Positions 29,372 through 38,010 of a DNA stretch of 64,000 bases are shown here, piece by piece. Origin of the DNA: an uncultured Pseudomonadales bacterium (GTDB lineage: Bacteria > Patescibacteriota > Microgenomatia > UBA1400 > UBA1396); the NCBI GenBank assembly GCA_964603945.1, contig CAZRWP010000002.1:123880-187879 (forward strand). The letters run 5' to 3'. The first letter of the stretch is position 1, and the number at the start of each line of letters is the position of its first letter. The notes beneath the pieces are model-generated. The model saw nothing but the letters and a program-made list of their open reading frames with translations, had not been told where the DNA came from and did not search any database. The position numbers and the translations under genes are program-made.

Positions 29372-29407
29372 AAGAAGTAGTAGTAGGTAAATCGCCTAGT
29401 TGAATTT

Positions 29408-29800
29408 TTACGCTCTGTTCTCCCCTTCAACTTCAACTTGAAAGCCACCGTAAGCCATCCGTTTCATGTCAAAAGGCATTGCCATGTCTTTATATTTATC
29501 TGCCTGATTATTCATTTCTGCCATGACTTTTGCATTAACCTCGTCTCGATGAGCTTTTGATTTAAAGACAATAAAAGAAAACCAAACTGTTTCATCAAGT
29601 GTGGCGCCAGCCATTTCAGGGAATGCCCGAGCTTTTTCGCCACCCATTTCCTGAGGGATCAGATCATCACCACGGCATTCATAGTATTCAAGCGCACCAT
29701 TTTTCAGCCACGTATCACGGCCGTCTTCTGCCATTTTCTTATATGCTTCAGCTTTGTCATTGGGAACTACTAAAACAAATCCATCTACATATTTGGTCAT
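29408..29800 (-). CDS. DUF1428 family protein
   Basis: MTKYVDGFVLVVPNDKAEAYKKMAEDG... matches the recalled DUF1428 family. Start placed at the internal Met, which has a GGAGGT RBS 6 nt upstream. Confidence 0.5.
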   Translation of the reverse strand: MTKYVDGFVLVVPNDKAEAYKKMAEDGRDTWLKNGALEYYECRGDDLIPQEMGGEKARAFPEMAGATLDETVWFSFIVFKSKAHRDEVNAKVMAEMNNQADKYKDMAMPFDMKRMAYGGFQVEVEGENRA

Positions 29801-29887
29801 ACAAACCTCCGCCTCATAAGTGTCTTCTAAATTCAGCATAGGTTATTAAAGAGAAAGAATAATAAGAATCAGCTAAGAAATGAGTAA

Positions 29888-30253
29888 GTAGAGTCAGACC
29901 GTACATGCACAACAATAATATGGCGAATTACTGAGGACGACTATGACAAATATGACAGTCAGTTCCGTGATGAGCTGGCTGATATAGACGCACGACTCAG
30001 AATGTTACAAGAAGCTGACGATCAGTTCTTTGTCTCGGCTAAATACATTCTTGAGCTTTCCAAAAGAGCGAAAGAATTATTCGAAAGTTCGAAAATCGAG
30101 CAAAGACGCCAAATTATCAAACTGGTACTTTCGAACCTAACATTAGAGGGTAAAAAATTGCGATATGAAGCCGTTAAACCATTCGACACAATCTTAAATT
30201 GTGCTGATGGTCAACGATGGCTCCCCCGCGAGGATTCGAACCTCGAACCTTGA
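29888..30253 (+). pseudogene. remnant of a recombinase C-terminal region (likely large serine recombinase tail), no start codon, reading into the tRNA-Asn 3' end
   Basis: Frame open from 29888 with the first ATG at 30002. Translation ...ITEDDYDKYDSQFRDELADIDARLRMLQEADDQFFVSAKYILELSKRAKELFESSKIEQRRQIIKLVLSNLTLEGKKLRYEAVKPFDTI... is coiled-coil/recombinase-tail-like. The last 12 codons are encoded by the tRNA. Confidence 0.35.
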
Positions 30254-30292
30254 AGTTAACAGCTTCCTGCTCTACCATTGAGCTACAGGGGA
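30218..30292 (-). tRNA. tRNA-Asn (GTT)
   Basis: Hand fold: acceptor UCCCCUG/CGGGGGA, D-arm GCUCAAUGGUAGAGC, anticodon loop CUGUUAA, T-arm CGAGGUUCGAAUCCUCG, CCA encoded. 5' U1 as in E. coli tRNA-Asn. Confidence 0.85.
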
Positions 30293-30454
30293 TCGGTTGT
30301 TAATGAACAGGCCTAATTATACCCAATTTAGTCAGGTTTCCAAATGGGGATTTGTTTCTTCAAAGTTTGAATTAATTTTGTCTATCAATTATCTTTCTCC
30401 ACTTCTTCTCTAAAAAATTACTGACCTCCAACTCCGCCAGCAGGCGGCGCACAA

Positions 30455-31504
30455 TTATCTTCCCCCATCCTCTAGCCCCGCTAGCAGGCGGCGCAAGCCT
30501 TCAGCACTATTGGAGGTCAGATCACCTGACTGCATCGGCAAATATTCCCGATATGCCGTAATGACCATGCTCACCCAATAGCCGCCGGTATGCTGGTTTA
30601 GGTATTTGGCCAGGTTGGGATTGCTCAGATCAATGCCCTGCCGCTGAGCCATGAATTCAACTTGGTCATTGGCGCTATTTAGAATAGCCAGAGGATGATA
30701 CTGCATGGCAAAGTAGGCGGAGCGCAAGGCTAACATTTGTTTAGAACTGCCCCAAACCGGGTGCTGGGCGATTAATTCGTGAATGTGCTCTTGTTTTTCT
30801 GGCACAACAGTTAGGCGCCCCTCAGCTGACAATAGTTCTTGGTACAAATACTCAAAAAAACTATGATCATTGACACGATTATTGCCAATTCGGACGTAGC
30901 GATTTCTGGTTGGCAAGATGGTGTCCTGGAGATTACCCTTTTGCAAGACCTGAATGGTGTCATCTTTGGTCAATCCAGCATAAAAACCGGCTAAGATGGC
31001 AAATCCCGCCCCATAATCCCGGGCAACCTGACGTAAGGTTCGTTCCCGATGTTTCCTATCCAGCTGAGCTAACTCTTGGCCAAAGACCGGCCAAATGGCT
31101 TGTTTTTGGTGAGTATTTAGAGGCTGCTGAGTAGTAATTGCCAGACGTCTGGATGGCAGTTGGCGGCTTTCACGCACGACATCCGAAAACTCGGCTGTTA
31201 TATTGAGAGGATTTTGCCTTAGTTCACGAATCAGGTCGCCAAGCACATCTTCATACACTCGATGCTGAGCGCCATGGGCGGAATAAGTTCGCGGATCCTG
31301 AATATCCTTGGCATTTTCAAATATCTGAATAAGTAAAGGGTTAAGCAGCTGCCGCTTGGAAAACCTAACGTGAGGAATTTCACGGTTTTGGTACTTAGCC
31401 AGAATGGTTCTATTTAACAACGGAAACATCTGCTCTAACTGCTCCATAATTGGCAGAATCAGCTCCTGAAATCTAGTTTCCTCTTCCGTGGGACGTGGTC
31501 TCAT
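30455..31504 (-). CDS. hypothetical protein (350 aa), uncharacterised
   Basis: Start placed at MRPRPTEEETRF; the ORF-track upstream extension is hydrophobic junk. No recognisable motif. Confidence 0.45.
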   Translation of the reverse strand: MRPRPTEEETRFQELILPIMEQLEQMFPLLNRTILAKYQNREIPHVRFSKRQLLNPLLIQIFENAKDIQDPRTYSAHGAQHRVYEDVLGDLIRELRQNPLNITAEFSDVVRESRQLPSRRLAITTQQPLNTHQKQAIWPVFGQELAQLDRKHRERTLRQVARDYGAGFAILAGFYAGLTKDDTIQVLQKGNLQDTILPTRNRYVRIGNNRVNDHSFFEYLYQELLSAEGRLTVVPEKQEHIHELIAQHPVWGSSKQMLALRSAYFAMQYHPLAILNSANDQVEFMAQRQGIDLSNPNLAKYLNQHTGGYWVSMVITAYREYLPMQSGDLTSNSAEGLRRLLAGLEDGGR

Positions 31505-31570
31505 GCAAAAATTTTGCAACCAGAGTGTAAAAGTTGGGTAAAAGTATTTTTTGTCGTATATACTGAAATT

Positions 31571-32238
31571 ATGAAGAATGCAAAAGCTGAACACCAATCC
31601 CCTATTGATGTGGATGACATAGAAACCAAAGGTTTCGATAGCCCAGAAACACAAAGAGATCATGCCTTAACAAGGCCCATGATTGATGTAAGGGGCAATC
31701 TTGCTCTTCCTAGTAGGCAAGAGGTTCACAGACTTTCGGTTCGGCAAATTGTAAAAAAATATCTGATAATAAAGAAGAAATTAAGAAGGCGTTTAAAAGT
31801 AAAAAGGAATTTCAACAAGCCATTGCAGAACTTTGGAGAAAACGCGGATTGGTTTTAAAGGATCTTGAGCCTCTTATTGATGCCTGGGATGAAGAAGTTA
31901 AAGAGGCAGAAGTATTTGACATACATATTGAGAGCCCACTGAGATTGGCTCATGAAATTAGACCAATACTCGATAAAATTAAATCTAGATCCGAAGTAAT
32001 CCATCTCGATAAATCAAAATATCGTGGATCTAACGATGAAAAACAAGAATTAATTTTACGATTAGATGAAGTAATTAAACAAATTAAGCCTGACAAATTT
32101 TCGCCTAAACAACTTGATAGGTTGAAAGATGCGGTGGAAATATTAAGACTTGAAGGTAGCTATGAGCCTCTAGAAAATTTTGTAAATAATTTAGTAAATC
32201 CTATAGAGGCAAAAGCCAGGCAAGCTCGCAATAATTAA
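31571..32238 (+). pseudogene. hypothetical protein split by a -1 frame change at an A7 run (ORFs 31514..31858 and 31849..32238)
   Basis: Frame A reads MKNAKAEHQSPID...RQIVKK. Frame B is protein-like from ...ISDNKEEIKKAFKSKKEFQQAIAELWRKRGLVLKDLE... Adding one A to the A7 run (about 31753-31760) joins them into one protein of about 220 aa. Confidence 0.45.
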
Positions 32239-32822
32239 TCAGAGAAAAATTCTTCTCCATTATCGCCTGCGGTTGCCTTAAAAGCCTGCTCGTTTTCTAG
32301 CCAAAAAATCTCGGCCTCTTGGGGGTCGTCTTGGCGCAAGGTCCAGCGGGCAATTAAATCCAGATAAGTGCGGGCGACTCCTAACTCATGGGCCAAGCGA
32401 AACTCGGCCAACAAGGCCTGACTGTGGCCAAAGTCACGGGCTGACCGGTCTTTGTGGCGGCGGGACCTCAGACCATATTGACTGATGTCGCTCCAGGCTT
32501 CAGCAATTTCATGCTCCTGCGTGATGCAGATGAGATCAGTATTGTCTTTACCATCAAGTTGAAAAACTGCCTGGTTGATGAAAAGTTGTGGATCTTTAAT
32601 AAAAATACGGCCGTTTTTGGTTTCAATATCGTAATTAACCCAGGCAATCGAAAATTCACCGGAAGTGTCAAATAAATCTAAATCTTCTGGTGGAATGACA
32701 ATCGTGTGATTGCGGAAAAACTCGTAAAACTTGGCTTTGCTGGCAGCTGAAAAATCAGTCAGCACCAGCGTAGTGGTCTGATCACTTAGTGTTTCCGAAT
32801 TGGTCTGGGCGGCTAAAGACAT
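32235..32822 (-). CDS. hypothetical protein (195 aa)
   Basis: ORF with no recognisable motif. Its stop overlaps the stop of the upstream convergent gene. Confidence 0.45.
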   Translation of the reverse strand: MSLAAQTNSETLSDQTTTLVLTDFSAASKAKFYEFFRNHTIVIPPEDLDLFDTSGEFSIAWVNYDIETKNGRIFIKDPQLFINQAVFQLDGKDNTDLICITQEHEIAEAWSDISQYGLRSRRHKDRSARDFGHSQALLAEFRLAHELGVARTYLDLIARWTLRQDDPQEAEIFWLENEQAFKATAGDNGEEFFSD

Positions 32823-32909
32823 GAAGGGTATTTAACCACACTAAATCGTAATAGTTGGGCTAATTTAAATAGATAGGAAAAGACTTATGCTAGATCGAAA
32901 TATTTCGTC

Positions 32910-34004
32910 TTACTCTAAAAAGTCTTGCAGGCGTTTGCGCATGCTGGGGTGGCGGAGTTTGCGCAAGGCCTTGGCCTCAATTTGACGAATTCGTTCACGA
33001 GTGACGCCAAACTTTTTGCCAACTTCTTCTAAGGTCATCGGGCGGGAGCTGTTTAAGCCAAACCTCATCCGCACCACCTTGGCTTCGCGGTCGGTCAGGG
33101 TTTGCAAAACGCGTTCAATGTCTTCTTTGAGCATGCGATTGGCCGTTGAGTCATAAGGCGAGAGCTGAGTTTCATCAGCTATAAAGTCACCTAGATAACT
33201 GTCGCCATCTTCACCGATTGGGGTTTCCAATGAAGTGGTCTTTTGGGAGATCTTGAGGATTTCACGGACGCGATCAGGCTCGATCTCCATGGCTGAGGCA
33301 ATCTCTTCCGGTAATGGCTCGCGGCCAAGTTCCTGCATCAGCTGACGCGAAATCCGCATCAGCTTATTAATGGTTTCAACCATGTGTACCGGAATACGAA
33401 TCGTACGGGCTTGGTCAGCAATAGCGCGGGTAATCGCCTGACGAATCCACCAGGTAGCGTAGGTACTGAACTTGAAGCCTTTGCGCCAATTGTATTTTTC
33501 AACCGCGCGGATTAAACCTTTATTGCCCTCCTGAATCAGATCCAGGAAAGTCATGCCGCGGCCAATATACTTTTTAGCAATGGACACAACCAAGCGCAAG
33601 TTAGCGTCAATCAGATGTTGTTTAGCCTTGGCATCAGCGGCTTCATTGCGCTGAGCCAGGTCAATTTCTTCCGTCCGGTTAAGTAGAGGAATCCGACCAA
33701 TTTCTTTAAGATACATTCGGACCGGGTCAGAAATATTGCTGCTCTCCAAAGAGGCGAGCACTTCCAGTTCCTGCTCCATGTCGGTGAGCTCTTTGTCTTC
33801 ATCAGCTTTGCCACTAGTGGAAACACTTTCAAAAACGTCGATACTTTCTTGGTCCAGGGTGTGGTAAAAATCGTCAAGTTTATCCAAACTATTTTCAGGC
33901 TCAGTAAAAACAGCCAGCACATCTTCCTGGGCAATAAAGCCCTGTTTACGGGCTTTTTCTAATAATTGCTGAACCAGCTTATCAGCGGTTGTGAGTGAGG
34001 GCAT
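32910..34004 (-). CDS. rpoD: RNA polymerase primary sigma factor (sigma-70)
   Basis: Region 2 [55 protein letters not shown]. Region 4 [15 protein letters not shown]...[30 protein letters not shown]. Confidence 0.92.
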   Translation of the reverse strand: MPSLTTADKLVQQLLEKARKQGFIAQEDVLAVFTEPENSLDKLDDFYHTLDQESIDVFESVSTSGKADEDKELTDMEQELEVLASLESSNISDPVRMYLKEIGRIPLLNRTEEIDLAQRNEAADAKAKQHLIDANLRLVVSIAKKYIGRGMTFLDLIQEGNKGLIRAVEKYNWRKGFKFSTYATWWIRQAITRAIADQARTIRIPVHMVETINKLMRISRQLMQELGREPLPEEIASAMEIEPDRVREILKISQKTTSLETPIGEDGDSYLGDFIADETQLSPYDSTANRMLKEDIERVLQTLTDREAKVVRMRFGLNSSRPMTLEEVGKKFGVTRERIRQIEAKALRKLRHPSMRKRLQDFLE

Positions 34005-34064
34005 TAGGCTGATCCTTTCGCGTAGTGAAGAGCTTTTGTGTTCATTTCAAATTCAGAAGTATAA

Positions 34065-35930
34065 TTATACTTGGTCAATCTGGTTTTGCAATGATTTGGT
34101 CAGTTTCATGTGCTCAGCGAAGAGAGTCTGCTGTTGTGTTTCCTGCTCCTGACTTAGTGTTTCCAGCTGATCGAACTCCTTTAGTTTTTGACTAATCTCC
34201 TGAAGGCGCTGGCGATACTGGCGTATTTGAATCTGCCCCAACGTGTCCTGCCAAATTTTGGCGATTTGATCTTCTGGAAAATCTTTATTGATGACATAAA
34301 GTCTGGTGACGATGTCGGTTAGTTCGCCTGGAATTGACTTGGCAAAATCAGACATGGCAAATTGTTTGTGATTTTTTAGGAATTTTTGAAGTTCATTTTG
34401 TAGTTTAGTGAGTAGCGGATCGGTGAAATTTAGCTTGGTTAGTTCCTGGACGGTTTGATTGGGATCTGGATGCTGCCAGGCTAATTGCCAGATGGTTTCT
34501 TCAAGTTTGTCGGTGGGAGTGGCGGTTTCTTCTTGATCTGAGTTGTTGTTTGTATTTGGCGAGTCATTTAGCGACTTGGCTGACTGATTTCCAGCTTGGG
34601 CTGACTGGCCATGGCTAGCGTAGCGGGCACGCTTACCAGTAGAAATTTCCTGTTTACGCTGCAGGCGATTTAGCTGATCTTCCAACACGTGGACTGGCGT
34701 GCTTAGGGTCTCACCCAATTTTTGCAAGTAGAAATTGCGCTCCACCGGATGCTCCACTTTTAAAACCAACCCCAACAATTCATCCGACACCGCGCGCTGG
34801 CCGGCGGCAGATTTTAGATCATGCTGTTTGCTGACCTGTACCAGGAGGTAATCAAAGGCGGCCTGGTGTTGCTTGACCAGTTCGCGCCACTGGGCGGGGT
34901 TTTGCCGGGCTAGGTCGTCTGGGTCCTTGCCGCCGGCCACGGGGATGACCCGCAAGGCAATCTCAAAGCCTTGGACGGCCTCAATCGCCCGTTTGGTGGC
35001 TTCGATACCGGCTGAGTCAGCGTCCAGCGACAGATAAATAGTTTTAGCCACTCGGCTTAACAAGCGGATTTGTTCAGTCGCCAAAGCTGAGCCTTTAACG
35101 GCCACCACGTTTTTGACATGCGCTTGCATGGAACTGAGCACATCAAACTCTCCCTCAACGACAATAGCGGCTTCCTTTTCCCGAATGGCGTTTAGGTTTT
35201 GCGTGTAGCCAAACAGCAAGTTGCGTTTGTGATATACCATGGTTTCCGGCGAATTAATGTACTTGGCTTCCTTGACGTCGGCGGCCAGCGTCCGTCCGCT
35301 AAAGCCCACCACCCTACCCCGATGGTCATGCAACGGGAACATCACGCGGTTACGAAAGCGGTCATAAACTCGGTTGTTTTTGCCCTCAATGACCAGGCCG
35401 GCCGCGATTAATTCCTCTGTGGTGAACTTTTTCTTTTTGGTGAGATAAGTGGTGAGGTGATCCCAGCCGTCGGCGGCAAATCCCAGGCCAAAATTCTTAA
35501 TGGTGGAGGCGGTAGTTTGGCGGTTTTTAAGATAAGCGCGGCCGGCCTCGCCCACTTTATGTTCATTTAGCAGATAGGCAAAATACTTCTGAGCCGCATC
35601 TAGAGCAGCCAGGACCCGCTGACGCATTTGCTCCTGCGGATCAAAGGTATCATTAATTAGTTCGATACCGACTTTCTTAGCCAGTAACTCCAAGCCCTCA
35701 CGGAAAGTCAGTCGCTCATATTCTTCCAAAAAGGTGAAAACGTCGCCCTGCTTGCCGCAGCCAAAACATTTAAAGGTCTGCAAATCTGGCGAGACAAAAA
35801 ATGACGGCGACTTTTCACTGTGAAATGGACAGAGACCACGATAATTTTTGCCACTGCGTTGCAGTTTCACCCGCTCGCCGACAATCTCAACTAGATCAAC
35901 TCGTTCTTTTATTTCTTGTATTTGGGACAT
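34065..35930 (-). CDS. dnaG: DNA primase
   Basis: Zinc-binding motif CPFHSEKSPSFFVSP...FKCFGCGKQGDVFTF. TOPRIM EGEFDVLS...DADSAG. Conserved dnaG-rpoD gene order. Confidence 0.92.
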   Translation of the reverse strand: MSQIQEIKERVDLVEIVGERVKLQRSGKNYRGLCPFHSEKSPSFFVSPDLQTFKCFGCGKQGDVFTFLEEYERLTFREGLELLAKKVGIELINDTFDPQEQMRQRVLAALDAAQKYFAYLLNEHKVGEAGRAYLKNRQTTASTIKNFGLGFAADGWDHLTTYLTKKKKFTTEELIAAGLVIEGKNNRVYDRFRNRVMFPLHDHRGRVVGFSGRTLAADVKEAKYINSPETMVYHKRNLLFGYTQNLNAIREKEAAIVVEGEFDVLSSMQAHVKNVVAVKGSALATEQIRLLSRVAKTIYLSLDADSAGIEATKRAIEAVQGFEIALRVIPVAGGKDPDDLARQNPAQWRELVKQHQAAFDYLLVQVSKQHDLKSAAGQRAVSDELLGLVLKVEHPVERNFYLQKLGETLSTPVHVLEDQLNRLQRKQEISTGKRARYASHGQSAQAGNQSAKSLNDSPNTNNNSDQEETATPTDKLEETIWQLAWQHPDPNQTVQELTKLNFTDPLLTKLQNELQKFLKNHKQFAMSDFAKSIPGELTDIVTRLYVINKDFPEDQIAKIWQDTLGQIQIRQYRQRLQEISQKLKEFDQLETLSQEQETQQQTLFAEHMKLTKSLQNQIDQV

Positions 35931-35970
35931 GTTCGGTTTAAGGCTAGTATAACGTAAAAAATGCAGGGTG

Positions 35971-36056
35971 AAGGATCATCCTTGCCCCTTCTCTTGCCTG
36001 GAAGGATCATCCTAGGATGATCCTTCTTGAGGAAACTAACCGCAAGGATGATCCTT
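35971..36056. promoter_or_regulatory. four copies of a 13-bp motif AAGGATCATCCTT / AAGGATGATCCTT (including one perfect 24-bp palindrome) in the dnaG upstream region
   Basis: Copies at about 35971-35983, 36002-36014, 36013-36025 (inverted, forming AAGGATCATCCTAGGATGATCCTT) and 36044-36056. The dnaG start is at 35930. Confidence 0.45.
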
Positions 36057-36138
36057 CTATAGCAAAAATAGCATAAGTCTTATTAAAAAAGAGTTAAGAA
36101 ACAACTTCAACAAATTTAAACAAGATTAGTCAGGCTGT

Positions 36139-37293
36139 CTATTTAAATCGCCCGAACACATTACGTCTCAAAGTATTTAAAGTCTGCCTGCAATCGGCTT
36201 CAGCTAAACGCACCTGTTGAACCAGGTGAATCATTATCCCACCAACTAAATAAAGTTCCGCCAGTTCTTCCCAGGCGACATATTTCCAGGGACCATGATT
36301 GCGTCTCAACCAGACATAAAGCACGATCATGGCAAAATTTATAAACAGATACCCACTTGGAATAAATAATTTTACTCGGTTGGCAATGATGCCCTTTTTG
36401 GGCAGTAATTCAGTCGCCAACCACTTGGGAATCCAGGCCAGCATGCCATATAGTCCAATCAGCAAATAGCCAGTGTAAACATACGGCCAGACGATTTCCG
36501 AATTATGTAAATTAATTTCACTTTGCCGATTTTGTTCTGCGATAATGGCGGGAGTTTGAAACTCAAAAATCCGTTGTCCCCAGGAAATTTCTTCACCTCC
36601 CACAACAAAAAAAGCTATTCCGGCCAATAAAAACAAATATTGAAACAAGTACTTTTCCCACTTTTTAGTACCCCATTTTTCCGCGTAACGGCTGAGCCAA
36701 ACAGACAAGCCAGCACTGGCAAAATAACCAAGAGCGGTTAAGTTTTCAATTAATCCATCTTCAGCTCTGATAGTTTTAAATAATTGAGGATTCTGCAGAT
36801 GAAGGTAACCTGCCCAGAGCAAGAGTCCGAGTAAGCCGTAGAAATAAAACATTTTTAGGCGTTTTTTTAGCCAGTTCGCAGGCGCATGGCTTAAGCCAAA
36901 CATGATGATGATTAAAGTTAAGGGAAAAAGTCCGGCGTAATGAAATCTAAAATTCACAAAAAAGTAGTTTGGGAACATGGGGCCATATTCTTCCAGGCAA
37001 AATAGCAAGGCCGGTAGGATGCCTAAGACCGGTGCCACAAAGGACAAGCTCACTTTGGCAAAACTTTTAGGTAAGTGATAATGATGCGTTAAACGAATAA
37101 GTAGATGAATCACCGCCGCCACTGCGCCCAGCATCAAAGGAGAAAATTTCAAGTGATTTTGAACTACACCGTTATAAACAATAATGTCAACCAAAGCTAA
37201 AGCAATAACACCCAGATAAGAAAGTTTGATGGCCAAGGGAAACCATTTGGGAAGAGGTTTTTTGGGAGATTTGCCAATAAAGGGTGCGTCCAT
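36139..37293 (-). CDS. polytopic membrane protein (about 10 TM), paralog of 40540..41655
   Basis: Shared blocks RAEDGL[IF]E..TA.G[YF]F and EEISWGQRIF.FQTP..IA..N.Q.EI..HN.E...PYVY.GY...LYG. Confidence 0.5.
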   Translation of the reverse strand: MDAPFIGKSPKKPLPKWFPLAIKLSYLGVIALALVDIIVYNGVVQNHLKFSPLMLGAVAAVIHLLIRLTHHYHLPKSFAKVSLSFVAPVLGILPALLFCLEEYGPMFPNYFFVNFRFHYAGLFPLTLIIIMFGLSHAPANWLKKRLKMFYFYGLLGLLLWAGYLHLQNPQLFKTIRAEDGLIENLTALGYFASAGLSVWLSRYAEKWGTKKWEKYLFQYLFLLAGIAFFVVGGEEISWGQRIFEFQTPAIIAEQNRQSEINLHNSEIVWPYVYTGYLLIGLYGMLAWIPKWLATELLPKKGIIANRVKLFIPSGYLFINFAMIVLYVWLRRNHGPWKYVAWEELAELYLVGGIMIHLVQQVRLAEADCRQTLNTLRRNVFGRFK

Positions 37294-37295
37294 AA

Positions 37296-37985
37296 TTACA
37301 CCAGAGGTTGATATTGAAGCAGTGTCAGTCTTACGGTTTTATCCATTTTGGTCAATGTTTGACGCAATTTTTCTAAATCGGTATTTGACTTGGGTTTAAC
37401 CAGAAACATCATAACTTGTTCCTTTTCCTGAGATAGACGAATAAGTTTAATTTGATGGCAGTGACTTTCTAACACCTTAAGGACTTCTGGAAGTGGTTGT
37501 GGCTGCGCAAAGACAATCTCCAGGTGAAGTGAGTCCTTGTCAGTAAATAAGCGGCTCAGTTGTCGTCTCAGCAGGGCTTGTCCTAAAATTACCGTCATAA
37601 TTACCCCAAAAAAGATCAGCGTAATTATTGGTTGATTGGCACCAAAACCTAGGCCCAAAGCAATTGTCAGGAAAATATAAGCCAGTTCTTCCGGATCCTT
37701 GATGGCGGAACGGAAACGCACGATCGACAAAGCACCAACGAGGCCTAGTGACAAAGCCAAAGAAGATTGAATAATCGAAATAATCAACATGGTAGTCAAG
37801 GACATCAGCGGCAAGATGACAGCTAACCGGCTACGGTTGGATAAGGAATTGCCCAAATAATAATAGGTGATGGCGACCAGGCTGGATAAAGCAATTAAAA
37901 TCAAAGAATAGATAAAAGTTTGACCTGGGTCAAAAGTTCCGCTAACTGAAAAATATTCGCGAAGTAAATCTAGCTGCATAACCAA
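37296..37985 (-). CDS. DUF4956 family membrane protein (Vtc1-like)
   Basis: Signature LVGALSIVRFRSAIKDPEELAYIFLTIALGLGFGA plus multiple TM helices. Recalled co-occurrence with CotH and VTC-domain genes. Confidence 0.55.
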   Translation of the reverse strand: MVMQLDLLREYFSVSGTFDPGQTFIYSLILIALSSLVAITYYYLGNSLSNRSRLAVILPLMSLTTMLIISIIQSSLALSLGLVGALSIVRFRSAIKDPEELAYIFLTIALGLGFGANQPIITLIFFGVIMTVILGQALLRRQLSRLFTDKDSLHLEIVFAQPQPLPEVLKVLESHCHQIKLIRLSQEKEQVMMFLVKPKSNTDLEKLRQTLTKMDKTVRLTLLQYQPLV

Positions 37986-38010
37986 ATAAGTATAGCATTG
38001 GTTATCTTAA

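Noticed and set aside
35971-36056. Possible CRISPR array (short repeated motif)
   Set aside because: Only four 13-bp copies with irregular, very short spacing and opposite orientations. No cas genes. Better explained as operator sites.
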